Source: Gammaproteobacteria bacterium
GTDB lineage: Bacteria > Pseudomonadota > Gammaproteobacteria > Eutrophobiales > Eutrophobiaceae
Assembly (NCBI GenBank): GCA_965116495.1
Contig: OZ220696.1
Location: forward strand, 1,376,001-1,440,000
Reading direction: 5' to 3'
Length of the DNA: 64,000 nt
This document shows, piece by piece, positions 47,927 through 58,355 of the stretch (its first letter is position 1; each line of letters begins with the position of its first letter). The notes below the pieces were generated by a model. It saw only the letters and a program-made list of their open reading frames with translations, was not told the DNA's origin and made no database searches. The translations under genes and the position numbers were made by a program.

Positions 47927-47988
47927 TTTGGCAAATCGGATTAAACTCAATCGGATTAAACTCAAGCCACGCTGGACTATGTGCGTGT

Positions 47989-48489
47989 TTATAGCAGTAC
48001 CAGCTTTACGCAGGGAAGCGTCGCTTTCCGGGAAAGACAGTACATTTCACCTTCCCCTGTTTTCCTGAATCCGAGTTTGTCCAACACCCTGGCCGAATTG
48101 TCATTCCCTGTCATATGACTGGATTTGACATTCCTGATATTCAGTTCTTCGGCCGCGTAATGGAGCAGTCCCTTGCATGCTTCCGTGGTAAATCCCTGCC
48201 CCCAATGAACTCTGCCCAGCCAGTAACCCAACTCGTAGGAGCCATCATCGTCATGGGTCAATCGAATACCACCGATAAGGGTATCACTTCGATATATGTT
48301 AAACGTCAATTCCTGCCGGCTGAGTGTACTTATCCAGTCGTCAGCATCGTCTTCCGTATACGGGTAGGGAACCTCAGACAACCATTTTACGACTTCCCAG
48401 TCTCCAATCTGGGAAACAATCGATTGTTTGTCCCTGAGTCCGGGCTTTTTTAGAACCAGTCTCTCCGTTGTGATTTCTGTCATTCCCAC
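47989..48489 (-). CDS. GNAT N-acetyltransferase (RimJ/RimL type)
   Basis: [36 protein letters not shown]. Confidence 0.9.
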   Translation of the reverse strand: MGMTEITTERLVLKKPGLRDKQSIVSQIGDWEVVKWLSEVPYPYTEDDADDWISTLSRQELTFNIYRSDTLIGGIRLTHDDDGSYELGYWLGRVHWGQGFTTEACKGLLHYAAEELNIRNVKSSHMTGNDNSARVLDKLGFRKTGEGEMYCLSRKATLPCVKLVLL

Positions 48490-50054
48490 TCAATCGTCGC
48501 CGGCGGCTTGCTGGAGATGTCGTAAACCACCCTGGAGACCCCTTCCACCTCATTCATGATACGCTCGGAGACTTCCTGCAGGAATTCGCCGGGCAGGCGC
48601 GCCCAGCGGGCGGTCATGAAATCGACGGTTTCTACCGCACGCAGGGCCACCACGTAGTCGTAGCGCCGGGCATCGCCCTTGACGCCGACCGATTTGACCG
48701 GCAGGAACACGGTGAACGCCTGGCTGGTCTTGTGGTACAGGCCGTGGCGGATGAGCGCCTTTATGAATATATCATCAGCCTGGCGCAGGATGTCCGCGTA
48801 CTCTTTTTTTACCTCCCCGAGGATCCTTACCCCCAGGCCCGGGCCCGGGAACGGGTGACGACTGATGAGTTCCTGCGGCAACCCCAGTTGTTTGCCCAGT
48901 TTACGTACTTCGTCCTTGAACAGTTCCCGCAGGGGTTCGATCAGTTTCAGGTTCATGCGTTCCGGCAGTCCGCCCACGTTGTGGTGTGATTTGATGACGT
49001 GGGCCTTGCCGGTGCCGGCGCCGGCGGACTCGATCACGTCCGGGTAGATGGTGCCCTGGGCCAGCCATTTTTCATTTTTGAGTTTTTTACCTTCCTCTTC
49101 AAAGATGGCGATGAACTCCCGGCCGATGATCTTGCGCTTTTCTTCCGGATCGGCCACGCCCTTGAGTTTATCCAGGTAGCGTTGTGCGGCGTTGACGCGG
49201 ATGACGCGGATACCCATGTGCCTGGCAAAGGTCTCCATGACCTGGTCGCCTTCATTGAGGCGCAGCAGGCCGGTGTCGACAAAGATGCAGGTTAACTGGT
49301 CTCCGATTGCCTGGTGCAACAACGCCGCGGTCACCGCGGAATCGACCCCGCCGGACAGGCCCAGCAATGCTTCGTCACTACCCACCCTGGCGCGTACTTC
49401 CGCGATAGCATCCGTGATGATGTTGTCGGCAGTCCAGAGCGTGTCGCAACCGGCGATATCGCAGGCGAAGCGCCGCAGGATGGCCGCGCCCTGTTGGGTA
49501 TGGGTCACTTCGGGATGAAACTGCAGACCGTAGAAACCCCGTTCCTCATCGGCCATACCGGCAATCGGTGAGTTGTCCGATGAGGCGATACGTTTGAATC
49601 CTTCAGGCAGTTCATCCACCTTATCGCCGTGGCTCATCCAAACGTCCAACAATCCATGACCTTCTTCATTGGTCTCATCCTGGATATCCCGCAACAGGGG
49701 CGAATGCCCGCGCGCCCTGACCCTGGCGTAACCGAACTCGCGCAGATTGGAAGCAGTGACCTGTCCTCCCAGTTGCTGCGCCATGGTCTGCATCCCATAG
49801 CAGATCCCGAGTACCGGCACACCCAACTGGAATACGATGTCAGGTGCACGCCAACTGTTATCACCGGTCACTGATTCAGGCCCACCAGATAATATGACGG
49901 CTTTCGGATTGAAACGCCTGATTGATGCTTCATCCAGGTCAAAAGGATAGATCTCGTTGTAGACGCCTGTCTCCCGCACGCGCCGGGCGATAAGCTGGGT
50001 GTATTGCGATCCGAAATCCAGGATCAGGATTTTGTCACTGTGAATGTCCGACAT
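48480..50054 (-). CDS. guaA: GMP synthase
   Basis: [44 protein letters not shown]. Confidence 0.98.
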   Translation of the reverse strand: MSDIHSDKILILDFGSQYTQLIARRVRETGVYNEIYPFDLDEASIRRFNPKAVILSGGPESVTGDNSWRAPDIVFQLGVPVLGICYGMQTMAQQLGGQVTASNLREFGYARVRARGHSPLLRDIQDETNEEGHGLLDVWMSHGDKVDELPEGFKRIASSDNSPIAGMADEERGFYGLQFHPEVTHTQQGAAILRRFACDIAGCDTLWTADNIITDAIAEVRARVGSDEALLGLSGGVDSAVTAALLHQAIGDQLTCIFVDTGLLRLNEGDQVMETFARHMGIRVIRVNAAQRYLDKLKGVADPEEKRKIIGREFIAIFEEEGKKLKNEKWLAQGTIYPDVIESAGAGTGKAHVIKSHHNVGGLPERMNLKLIEPLRELFKDEVRKLGKQLGLPQELISRHPFPGPGLGVRILGEVKKEYADILRQADDIFIKALIRHGLYHKTSQAFTVFLPVKSVGVKGDARRYDYVVALRAVETVDFMTARWARLPGEFLQEVSERIMNEVEGVSRVVYDISSKPPATIEWE

Positions 50055-50086
50055 AAACGGGAAGGATGTATTTACTATACAGCGCC

Positions 50087-50201
50087 GCCATTCCGGCGAA
50101 GCATGCCCTGGCATGTTGTAAGGCAGGGGCCGGAAGCCAGTGAAATAATGGCTTTTCGACTATATGTTATTGGACTGGATTCCTGCTTTCGCAGGAACGA
50201 C
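50087..50201. repeat. Family A palindromic element with nested hairpin, between guaB and guaA
   Basis: GCCATTCCGGCGAAGC[ATGCCCTGGCATGTTGTAAGGCAGGGG]CCGGAAGCCAG...CTGGATTCCTGCTTTCGCAGGAACGAC. Confidence 0.88.
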
Positions 50202-50236
50202 AGCATAATTAAATAATCCTTCTCATCCATGTTAAA

Positions 50237-51697
50237 TCAAACGCGGTAGTTAGGCGGTTCCTTGGTGATCGTCACATCGTGAGCGTGGCTCTCTTTCATA
50301 CCCGCGCCGGTCAGTTTGACAAAGTTCGGTTTGTTGCGCATTTCTTCCAGGTCGCGGCAGCCCGTGTAGCCCATGGCGGCGCGCAGTCCGCCGGCCAGTT
50401 GATGTACGATCGCACCCAGCGGCCCTTTATACGGTACCCTTCCTTCAATTCCTTCCGGCACCAGTTTTTCTATTTCGTCGTTCTCCTGGAAATAACGGTC
50501 GGACGAGCCGTGCTGCTGCGACATGGCGCCCAGGGAGCCCATTCCCCGATAGGACTTGTAAGACCGCCCCTGAAACAACTCAACTTCTCCGGGCGCTTCC
50601 TCAGTACCGGCAAACAAACCGCCTATCATGACCGAATAGGCGCCCGCGGCCAGTGTCTTGGCAATATCGCCGGAATAGCGGATGCCGCCGTCGGAAATAA
50701 ACGGGATTCCTGTTCCCTTCAATCCTTCGGCCACGTTGGCAACGGCCGTGATCTGGGGCATACCGACTCCGGTCACCACCCGGGTGGTACAAATCGAACC
50801 AGGCCCTACTCCCACTTTCACCGCGTCCGCACCGGCTTCAACCAGCGCTTGCGCACCTGCGGCAGTCACCACGTTACCGGCAATCACTTCGCAATCAGGA
50901 TGGTCCGACTTGACTGTCCGGACAGCCTGCAACACGCCTTCGGAGTGGCCGTGGGCGGTATCGACCACCAGCACGTCCACACCCGCGCTGATGAGGGCTG
51001 CGACCCGTTCACGGGTGCCAGGACCAACGCCCACTGCGGCGCCGACGCGCAGGCGTTCATCCTCATCCTTGCAGGAATTGGGAAATTCCCGGGCCTTGTG
51101 GATATCCTTGACCGTGACCATGCCCTTGAGCTCGAAGCTGTCGTTGACGACGAGGACTTTCTCGATCCGGTGTTGGTGCAACAGGGAGATGATCTCCTCG
51201 GTGCCGGTACCTTCCCCGACCGTGACCAGGCGTTTCCTGGGTGTCATAATGTTGGCTACGGGGTCATCAAAGCGGGTTTCAAAGCGCAGGTCCCTGCTGG
51301 TGACGATGCCGACAAGGTCCGATCCGTCCACTACGGGCACACCTGAAATATTGTTGGAACGGGTGACCTGCATCACTTCGCCGATACTGGTCTGCGGGCT
51401 GACGGTCACCGGGTCACGTATCACCCCGGCCTCGTATTTCTTCACCTGCAGCACTTCTCTGGCCTGCTGTTCGGGGCTCATGTTCTTGTGGATGATCCCC
51501 ATTCCGCCCTGTACGGCAAGGGCGATTGCGAGGCGCGCTTCGGTTACGGTATCCATGGCCGCCGAAATTAATGGTATATTCAGTTTGATGCGCCGGGACA
51601 GGCGCGTCTCAAGGCTGACTTGCTGGGGCAGAATGCGGGAATGGGCCGGGACCAGTAATACGTCGTCAAAGGTGAGGGCTTCTTCGATAATCTGCAT
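50237..51697 (-). CDS. guaB: IMP dehydrogenase
   Basis: [28 protein letters not shown]; CBS domain pair. Confidence 0.98.
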   Translation of the reverse strand: MQIIEEALTFDDVLLVPAHSRILPQQVSLETRLSRRIKLNIPLISAAMDTVTEARLAIALAVQGGMGIIHKNMSPEQQAREVLQVKKYEAGVIRDPVTVSPQTSIGEVMQVTRSNNISGVPVVDGSDLVGIVTSRDLRFETRFDDPVANIMTPRKRLVTVGEGTGTEEIISLLHQHRIEKVLVVNDSFELKGMVTVKDIHKAREFPNSCKDEDERLRVGAAVGVGPGTRERVAALISAGVDVLVVDTAHGHSEGVLQAVRTVKSDHPDCEVIAGNVVTAAGAQALVEAGADAVKVGVGPGSICTTRVVTGVGMPQITAVANVAEGLKGTGIPFISDGGIRYSGDIAKTLAAGAYSVMIGGLFAGTEEAPGEVELFQGRSYKSYRGMGSLGAMSQQHGSSDRYFQENDEIEKLVPEGIEGRVPYKGPLGAIVHQLAGGLRAAMGYTGCRDLEEMRNKPNFVKLTGAGMKESHAHDVTITKEPPNYRV

Positions 51698-51709
51698 GAC
51701 CTATTATAC

Positions 51710-51869
51710 AATTAAGAATTACGAATTACGAATTACGAATTAGGAATTAAGAATTAGGAATTAAGAATTGGAGGTTATTTCCCAGTGAGCCTTGATCATG
51801 GTTGCGAAACCGCTGAATCATTAAAAAATGCCGCCACAGCCGGCACATTAATTCCTAATTATTAATTCT
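51710..51869. repeat. Family D heptamer arrays: 8 x AATTA(A/C/G)G at 51710..51765 and about 3 inverted units at 51847..51869
   Basis: Read directly from the sequence; they flank a core of about 77 bp in the guaB/xseA spacer. Confidence 0.9.
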
Positions 51870-51870
51870 C

Positions 51871-53217
51871 ATGACAGAAGAACAACGCGATATCTACACG
51901 ATCACGCGTCTCAACCGCGAGGTCAGGGCCGTTTTGGAGGACAGCTTCCCCCCGTCCTTGTGGGTGCGCGGCGAAATATCCAACCTGGCGCGGCCCGGCT
52001 CCGGTCATCTTTACTTCACACTGAAGGACAAGCATTCACAGGTACGTTGTGCGATGTTCAGGAGCACCAACCGCCACCTGAGATTCCCGCCGGAGAACGG
52101 CCAGGAAGTACTTGCAAGGGCCGGCGTCAGCCTGTACGAGGGCCGTGGTGAGTTCCAGTTGATCGTGGAGCATATGGAACCTGCCGGCGCCGGCGCCCTG
52201 CAACAGGCGTTCGAGAAACTCAAACAGAAGCTGCTTGAAGAAGGCTTGTTTGCTGAGGATCACAAACAACCGCTCCCGACCTTCCCGGGGACAATCGGGA
52301 TCGTGACGTCGCCGACCGGTGCGGCCGTAAAAGACATAATCCAGGTCCTGGGGAGACGCTACGCCAGTGCCGGTGTCATCGTTTACCCGGTACCCGTTCA
52401 GGGTGAAGGCGCAGCGCAGCAGATTACAGAAACCATCGATGAGGCAAACCGGCGCGGGGAATGCGACGTACTGATCCTCGCGAGGGGCGGCGGCTCCCTG
52501 GAGGACCTGTGGTCATTCAACGAAGAAGTCGTTGCCAGGGCGATCCACCGTTCGACTGTTCCCGTAGTCAGCGGCATAGGTCACGAAATAGATTTTACCA
52601 TTGCCGATTTCGTTGCCGACCAGAGGGCCCCTACTCCGTCGGCAGCGGCTGAACTGGTCAGCCCCGATGCTGCCGCCTTGCAGTCAAGGCTGGATACCCT
52701 GTACTCGCAATTCAGCCTGCGTATCAACGACCTGCTGAATACACACCAGCGCAACGTGATACAGTTGAGCAAACGCCTGCCACGACCTACCCACCTGCTG
52801 CAAAACATGGCTCAACGTATGGATGACCTGGCTATCCGGCTGAGACTCGCACTGGATAACGGTATTGCATTACGCAGGGTGCGTCTGAACCGGTCCGCAG
52901 ACACCCTCACGAGCAGGAGCCCCCTGCAACAGTTGGCAGGATATCGTACAAAATGCAATGACCTGGACAAACAACTGCAAAATCAGCTTGTCCGTAACCT
53001 GCAGGCATGGAAAAAACAACTGGGATATCTTACTCATTCCCTGAAGACAGTCAGTCCTCTTGCCACCTTGGACAGGGGCTATGCCATCGTCACCGATAAA
53101 GATGAAAACATCGTGCGCAGGGCGGATCAATTACGGGAAAATTCGGAGATTAAGACCAGGTTTTCAAAGGGAAATATTCGCTCGACCGTCAACAAAATCG
53201 ATGCGGATGATGAATGA
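51871..53217 (+). CDS. xseA: Exodeoxyribonuclease VII large subunit
   Basis: WVRGEISN, SGHLYFTLKD, ARGGGSLEDLWSFN, GHEIDFT, APTPSAAAE. Confidence 0.97.
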   Translation: MTEEQRDIYTITRLNREVRAVLEDSFPPSLWVRGEISNLARPGSGHLYFTLKDKHSQVRCAMFRSTNRHLRFPPENGQEVLARAGVSLYEGRGEFQLIVEHMEPAGAGALQQAFEKLKQKLLEEGLFAEDHKQPLPTFPGTIGIVTSPTGAAVKDIIQVLGRRYASAGVIVYPVPVQGEGAAQQITETIDEANRRGECDVLILARGGGSLEDLWSFNEEVVARAIHRSTVPVVSGIGHEIDFTIADFVADQRAPTPSAAAELVSPDAAALQSRLDTLYSQFSLRINDLLNTHQRNVIQLSKRLPRPTHLLQNMAQRMDDLAIRLRLALDNGIALRRVRLNRSADTLTSRSPLQQLAGYRTKCNDLDKQLQNQLVRNLQAWKKQLGYLTHSLKTVSPLATLDRGYAIVTDKDENIVRRADQLRENSEIKTRFSKGNIRSTVNKIDADDE

Positions 53218-53283
53218 ATGATTGAACATGGATGCACTGAATAAACAGGACATGTAGATTCGTAACAGCTTGCTTGCTTGCTT

Positions 53284-53312
53284 TTGTAATATACCAATTG
53301 ACGGTATATAAT
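53284..53312 (+). promoter_or_regulatory. Sigma70-like promoter TTGTAA-N17-TATAAT with an overlapping imperfect palindrome
   Basis: 17-bp spacing; CGGTATA-TAATT-TACACCG overlaps the -10 box. Confidence 0.5.
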
Positions 53313-53319
53313 TTACACC

Positions 53320-53586
53320 GTGACATGGACTGTTTACCTGACCAGAAAGGCGGATAAACAACTGGCAAAGTTGCCAAAAATGATGCGGGTTTTGGCAGAA
53401 CTTGCCGTGACTGACATGGAGGAGCAGGGTGTTAACCCTGTGGGATGGGATACTTTGAAAACCGGCAAAGATGAATATCGTCTGTGTCTGAATTACAGGT
53501 ATCGAATGCGTTATCGCGTAACGCCGGAACGTACCTTGAGGGTAGAAGTATTTTATATCGGACATCGACGGGAGGCTTATAGATGA
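53320..53586 (+). CDS. RelE/ParE-like toxin
   Basis: WTVYLTRKADKQLAKLP, YRMRY, VFYIGHRREAY. Confidence 0.8.
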   Translation: MTWTVYLTRKADKQLAKLPKMMRVLAELAVTDMEEQGVNPVGWDTLKTGKDEYRLCLNYRYRMRYRVTPERTLRVEVFYIGHRREAYR

Positions 53587-53954
53587 GTCATACATCGAAT
53601 ATTCAACACGATTTGAGAAAGGTGTCCGTGGGGCCTGCCGGAAAAACGGAACGAGTACCCCTGAAAAATATGACCAGCCCAAGCATAGAGAAATACTTGG
53701 AGGATGAGCTTGTACCCGCGCAAACGTTGCATGACGAAATCAGACAGCGCTATGGCGATGCTTATAGAACCCCGGGGTACTATCTGAGATTGTATCGCCT
53801 ACGGGCAGACTTGACCCAGGTACAACTGGCAGGCCAAGCAGGTATCCGCCAGCGCCACATCTCTGAGATGGAAAATAACAAACGGTCTATAGACAAAACG
53901 CTGGCCAGAAAGTTAGCGCATATTCTGGACTTCGATTACCGCAAGCTGATATAA
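53583..53954 (+). CDS. XRE-family HTH protein (putative antitoxin)
   Basis: LRLYRLRADLTQVQLAGQAGIRQRHISEMENNKR; ATGA overlap with the toxin gene. Confidence 0.85.
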   Translation: MSHTSNIQHDLRKVSVGPAGKTERVPLKNMTSPSIEKYLEDELVPAQTLHDEIRQRYGDAYRTPGYYLRLYRLRADLTQVQLAGQAGIRQRHISEMENNKRSIDKTLARKLAHILDFDYRKLI

Positions 53955-53993
53955 GATCAGAGTTGTAGCAGGATCCCTGTCCAAGCCGCAGAA

Positions 53994-54947
53994 CTAGATC
54001 TCTGCAGCCTGCAGGTCCGCGTGGTACGATGAGCGCACCATGGGGGCGCTGGCCACGCTGGTGAACCCCAGTCCTTTTGCGTATTCACCCAGGTCGGCAA
54101 ACTCGGACGGTTCCACGAACCTCTCCACCTTGAGGTGGTAGCGGCTCGGTTGCAGATACTGGCCCAGGGTCAGCATGTCGCAGTCGTGTTCCCTGAGGTC
54201 GCGCAATACCTGTTTCACGTCCCCAATCTCCTCGCCCAGTCCCAGCATGAGGCCGGATTTTGTCGGTATTCCGGGGTGCTGTGCCTTGAATTTCCTGATC
54301 AGTTCCAGGGACCAGTGATAATCGGCGCCCGGCCTGGCCTTGCGGTACAGGACCGGCGTCGTCTCCAGGTTGTGATTAAACACATCGGGCGGCGCTTCGC
54401 CCAGTCTTTCCAGCGCTATGTCCATGCGGCGGCGGAAGTCCGGGGTCAGGATCTCAATCCTGGTGGCGGGGGTTGCCCGGCGCACGGCGCTGATGCAATC
54501 CCTGAAGTGCCCTGCCCCGCCGTCGCGCAGGTCGTCCCGATCGACGGAAGTGATGACGACGTATTTCAGTCCCATCAGTTTGACGGCTTCAGCCAGGTGT
54601 TCCGGTTCGTTTTGGTCCAGGGGTTGCGGGCGGCCATGGGCAACGTCACAGAACGGGCAACGCCGGGTGCAGGTGTCACCCATGATCATAAAAGTGGCAG
54701 TGCCGTGTGCGAAGCATTCACCCAGGTTGGGACAGGATGCTTCCTCACAGACAGTGTGCAGGGAGCGTTCCCGCAACAGCCGCTTCAATTCGAATACCCT
54801 GGGATCCGTCGGCGCTTTTGCCCTGATCCAGTCGGGCTTTCTCGGCGCTTTGCCTTCCATGGGGACCACTTTTATGGGGATGCGCGCGGTTTTGAATTTT
54901 CCGCGCCGATCAGCCTTTGTCAGATTTTCCAGTGCTGCTGTTGTCAT
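53994..54947 (-). CDS. lipA: Lipoyl synthase
   Basis: [27 protein letters not shown]. Confidence 0.98.
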   Translation of the reverse strand: MTTAALENLTKADRRGKFKTARIPIKVVPMEGKAPRKPDWIRAKAPTDPRVFELKRLLRERSLHTVCEEASCPNLGECFAHGTATFMIMGDTCTRRCPFCDVAHGRPQPLDQNEPEHLAEAVKLMGLKYVVITSVDRDDLRDGGAGHFRDCISAVRRATPATRIEILTPDFRRRMDIALERLGEAPPDVFNHNLETTPVLYRKARPGADYHWSLELIRKFKAQHPGIPTKSGLMLGLGEEIGDVKQVLRDLREHDCDMLTLGQYLQPSRYHLKVERFVEPSEFADLGEYAKGLGFTSVASAPMVRSSYHADLQAAEI

Positions 54948-54993
54948 GGGAATACCGTAATCCGAGGCACTATATCATCACACCTCACCGCTT

Positions 54994-55199
54994 GTCATGC
55001 CGGGCTTGCTCCCTTGCCCGTTATGCCGGCCAGGGAATGGCCGGTACCCAGTCACAGGGATGTGGGCAGATGTGTCGCCCCCCGCCTTCGCGGGGGCAGG
55101 CTCCGGGCGACCCGTTGTTTCACTGGATTCCGGCTTTCGCCGGAATGACGAATCAATGAACACCGGAATGACGAATCAATGAACGCCGCTATGACGAAT
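54994..55199. repeat. Composite family A element with nested hairpins and a 23-bp-period tandem tail
   Basis: GTCATGCCGGG..., CCCCGCCTTCGCGGGG hairpin, CTGGATTCCGGCTTTCGCCGGAATGACG, then CCGGAATGACGAATCAATGAAC repeats at 55140, 55163 and 55186 (last one partial). Confidence 0.85.
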
Positions 55200-55209
55200 T
55201 TCTCATTCA

Positions 55210-55839
55210 TCAGATATTTCTGACCTCATCGTATGGGAACTGGTTCATCAGGCAGGGCAGAAATTTGTCAACCGTTTCACTGACTGTCAAATCAATATCC
55301 AGATCCGCCAGTTGCGTTACTTCCAGGCCGGGGTAACCGCACGGATTGACACGCCGGAACGGGGACAGATCCATACTCACGTTCAGCGCCAGGCCGTGAT
55401 AACAGCATCCTTTTCTCACCCGCACGCCCAGGGCCGCGATCTTGCTGTCATCCAGGTATACGCCCGGCATTCCCCGGCGGCGCTGCGCGTCCAGGTCGAA
55501 GGTCGCGAGAAAGTCGATGACGGCCTGTTCCAGCAGGTTAACATACTTCCTGATAGATATACCCAGCCGCTTCAGGTCAAGCAACAGGTAAACAACCAGT
55601 TGGCCCGGGCCGTGGTAAGTCACCTGTCCGCCCCGGTCCACCTTATGCACCGGGACAGCGCCCGGGTCCAGCAGGTGTTCGGTCCTGCCTGCAAGGCCCA
55701 GGGTAAATACCGGTTCGTGTTCCAGGCACCAGATTTCATCCACAGTAGCCGGGGTGCGCCTGTTGGTAAAATCAACCATGGCTTCATAGGCGCCGGTGTA
55801 TTCCTGCAAACCGAATTGTCTGATTAATACCTTGTTCAT
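55210..55839 (-). CDS. lipB: Lipoate-protein ligase B (octanoyltransferase)
   Basis: [39 protein letters not shown]. Confidence 0.97.
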   Translation of the reverse strand: MNKVLIRQFGLQEYTGAYEAMVDFTNRRTPATVDEIWCLEHEPVFTLGLAGRTEHLLDPGAVPVHKVDRGGQVTYHGPGQLVVYLLLDLKRLGISIRKYVNLLEQAVIDFLATFDLDAQRRRGMPGVYLDDSKIAALGVRVRKGCCYHGLALNVSMDLSPFRRVNPCGYPGLEVTQLADLDIDLTVSETVDKFLPCLMNQFPYDEVRNI

Positions 55840-56009
55840 GGATTACTTACATGGAGGCTGAGATTCACGACCAAAGTGTATATTTCGACAAGTTTTTACT
55901 CTGACCCCATATATCCATAGAATCCTGTATGATGATAGTTTCGCCCGGACGTATAAAACCTTAGTATACGCCCGGGTGTTCAGAAAACATATTTTCATAG
56001 GAGGCGCTC

Positions 56010-56390
56010 ATGAAGTTGGCAGCACTGTATTTGTCCTGTTCCCTGATGTTAGGCATCGCACCTGTCCAGGTCGCGCTCGCACAGGCCGATTCCGCATCTA
56101 CCGAAGTGATTGAAACCTGCCCGATGCCGGAAAGACCTTCCATTCCCAACGGGCTGAAGTCCAGCGAAGAGGAGATGATTGAGGCGCAGAAAGGCATCAA
56201 GGACTATATCGCCAAAGGGGAAGCCGTATTGGCATGCCTTGACGGACTCCGGGAAAGCTGGGGAGAAACCGTCACTGAAGAGCAATCGCAAATCAACATG
56301 CTTTTCTACAATAAAATGGTGGATGAAATGACATCGACGGGAGAGTTGTTCAACTCTGCGGTCCGGGCCTACAAAGGCAGGAACCAGTAA
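56010..56390 (+). CDS. Small secreted hypothetical protein
   Basis: GGAGG RBS, signal peptide, helical mature part with two Cys. Confidence 0.75.
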   Translation: MKLAALYLSCSLMLGIAPVQVALAQADSASTEVIETCPMPERPSIPNGLKSSEEEMIEAQKGIKDYIAKGEAVLACLDGLRESWGETVTEEQSQINMLFYNKMVDEMTSTGELFNSAVRAYKGRNQ

Positions 56391-56589
56391 TCTGCCGCAA
56401 GCACCTGACAACCTGGGATCAATACACAGGTTGCTGTGACAATTTAACCATAGGATGCCGTAAAGCCGTCATTGTGGGTGCAGGTTCCCTCTTGCCTGTA
56501 ACATGCAGGTGCGATCTGTTTTTTGGTGTTGGGCAGAGTTCCGATTGCAGGAATCCATGAGCAGACCTTGAGGTATCGTCGTATTACGA

Positions 56590-57519
56590 ATGAAAGCGCT
56601 GGAGATTAACCGCCTCGAAAAAACCTACAAGAACGGGTTTCAGGCACTGAAAGGAATCGACCTGGAAGTGGATGAAGGCGATTTCTTCGCGTTACTCGGC
56701 CCCAACGGCGCCGGCAAGTCCACCACTATCGGCATTATTTCCTCGCTGGTGACAAAAACCGCCGGCAGTGTACGCGTGCTCGGCCTGGACAGCGATACCC
56801 ATATCACCGAGATCAAATCCCGGTTGGGCATCGTTCCCCAGGAAATCAACTTCTCATTATTTGAAACCTGCCTGAATATCGTGCTGAACCAGGCGGGCTA
56901 TTACGGTATTGACCGTAAACAGGCTTACACCAACGCGGAGAAATACCTCAGGCAACTGGGATTGTGGGAGCGGCGCAACGGTATATCCCGCAACCTCTCT
57001 GGCGGTCTCAAACGCCGGCTGCTGATCGCGAGGGCCCTGGTCCATGAACCAAAGCTGCTGCTGCTGGATGAGCCGACCGCCGGCGTTGACGTGGAGTTGC
57101 GCCGCTCCACCTGGGATTTTCTGAAGGAGATTAACCGCCGGGGTACAACCATTGTTCTGACCACCCATTACCTGGAAGAAGCCGAGAGCCTGTGTGAAAA
57201 AATCGCCATCATCGACAAGGGTTCAATCATTGAATTCGGCTATAAAAAGGACCTGCTGGCCAAATTGCATTCGGAGACGTTTATCCTGGACCTGGCAAGC
57301 CCCCTGGAGAAACTGCCCTCCATGCCGTTCCTGGATATCCGTCAGATAGATCCGATAACCCTGGAAGTGGTCATCAACCGGGAGCAGAACGCCAACGCCG
57401 TATTTGAGATGCTGTCGGAACACATGATCATCGTGAGCAGCATGCGCAATAAAGCCAATCGCCTGGAAGAATTATTCATCCGGTTACTGGACGACAATGA
57501 GCACGGAAATGACCGCTGA
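56590..57519 (+). CDS. yadG: ABC transporter ATP-binding protein (YadG-like)
   Basis: GPNGAGKST, LSGGLKRR, LLDEPTAGVD, SMRNKANRLEELF. Confidence 0.9.
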   Translation: MKALEINRLEKTYKNGFQALKGIDLEVDEGDFFALLGPNGAGKSTTIGIISSLVTKTAGSVRVLGLDSDTHITEIKSRLGIVPQEINFSLFETCLNIVLNQAGYYGIDRKQAYTNAEKYLRQLGLWERRNGISRNLSGGLKRRLLIARALVHEPKLLLLDEPTAGVDVELRRSTWDFLKEINRRGTTIVLTTHYLEEAESLCEKIAIIDKGSIIEFGYKKDLLAKLHSETFILDLASPLEKLPSMPFLDIRQIDPITLEVVINREQNANAVFEMLSEHMIIVSSMRNKANRLEELFIRLLDDNEHGNDR

Positions 57520-58285
57520 GCGATTCTACATAGCCTACAAGACCATCGTCACCAAGGAGATCACCCGGTTCCTGCGTATCTGGATGCAAACCGTGCTGCC
57601 GGCGGCGATCAGCATGGCGCTTTACTTCATCATATTCGGCAACCTGATCGGCCCTCGCATCGGCGTAATGGGCGGGTTCTCCTATATGGAGTTTATCGCG
57701 CCGGGCATCATTATGATGTCGATAATCAACAACTCCTATTCCAATGTATCTTCCTCTTTCTTTGGGGCAAGGTTTCAACGCCATATCGAGGAAATGCTGA
57801 TTGCGCCCGTGCCTGCCTGGATCATCCTCGCCGGTTATATTACCGGCGGTGTATTCAGGGGCCTGGTTGTAGGGCTCATCGTGACCACTATTGCGTTGTT
57901 CTTCACCGGGATGCCCTCGGTTCACAACCCCTTCATCGTCTTGACTATTGTCATCCTGACCTCCGTCCTGTTTTCCCTGGGTGGTTTTCTTAACGGTATA
58001 TTTGCGAAGAACTTCGATGACATCTCCATCATCCCAACATTCGTACTGACCCCGCTGATATACCTGGGAGGGGTGTTCTATTCCATAGACCTGCTGCCGC
58101 GCATCTGGCAATCCATCTCGCTGGCCAATCCGATACTGTACATGGTGAACGCCTTCCGTTACGGCATCCTGGGCGTCTCCGACATCAGCATCCATGTTGC
58201 GTTCGTCATCATCCTGCTGTTTATCATCATCCTGTCGTTCCTGTCCCTTTACCTGCTGCAACGGGGAACGGGGATAAAGACCTGA
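57497..58285 (+). CDS. yadH: ABC-2 permease (YadH-like)
   Basis: RFLRIWMQT, YSNVSSSFF, LGGVFYSI, NPILYMVNAFRYG. Confidence 0.92.
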   Translation: MSTEMTAERFYIAYKTIVTKEITRFLRIWMQTVLPAAISMALYFIIFGNLIGPRIGVMGGFSYMEFIAPGIIMMSIINNSYSNVSSSFFGARFQRHIEEMLIAPVPAWIILAGYITGGVFRGLVVGLIVTTIALFFTGMPSVHNPFIVLTIVILTSVLFSLGGFLNGIFAKNFDDISIIPTFVLTPLIYLGGVFYSIDLLPRIWQSISLANPILYMVNAFRYGILGVSDISIHVAFVIILLFIIILSFLSLYLLQRGTGIKT

Positions 58286-58332
58286 ACCGCATTACGTGCC
58301 CGGCCTCCTGACGTCATGCCGCTCCTAACGTC

Positions 58333-58353
58333 GTGCCGGGCTCGACCCGGCAC
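58333..58353. terminator. GC hairpin GTGCCGGG-CTCGA-CCCGGCAC (REP-like) between convergent genes
   Basis: 8-bp perfect stem; resembles the start of the 54994 element. Confidence 0.5.
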
Positions 58354-58355
58354 CG

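Noticed and set aside
50055-50114. N-terminal extension of GuaA in the ORF track
   Set aside because: It runs into a family A repeat; homology starts at [17 protein letters not shown] (50054)
55140-55199. Possible mini-CRISPR array
   Set aside because: 23-bp tandem units with no unique spacers and no cas genes; derived from the family A end
56391-56589. Possible ncRNA or riboswitch upstream of yadG
   Set aside because: Only a weak hairpin (CAACCTG...CAGGTTG); no recognisable family motif
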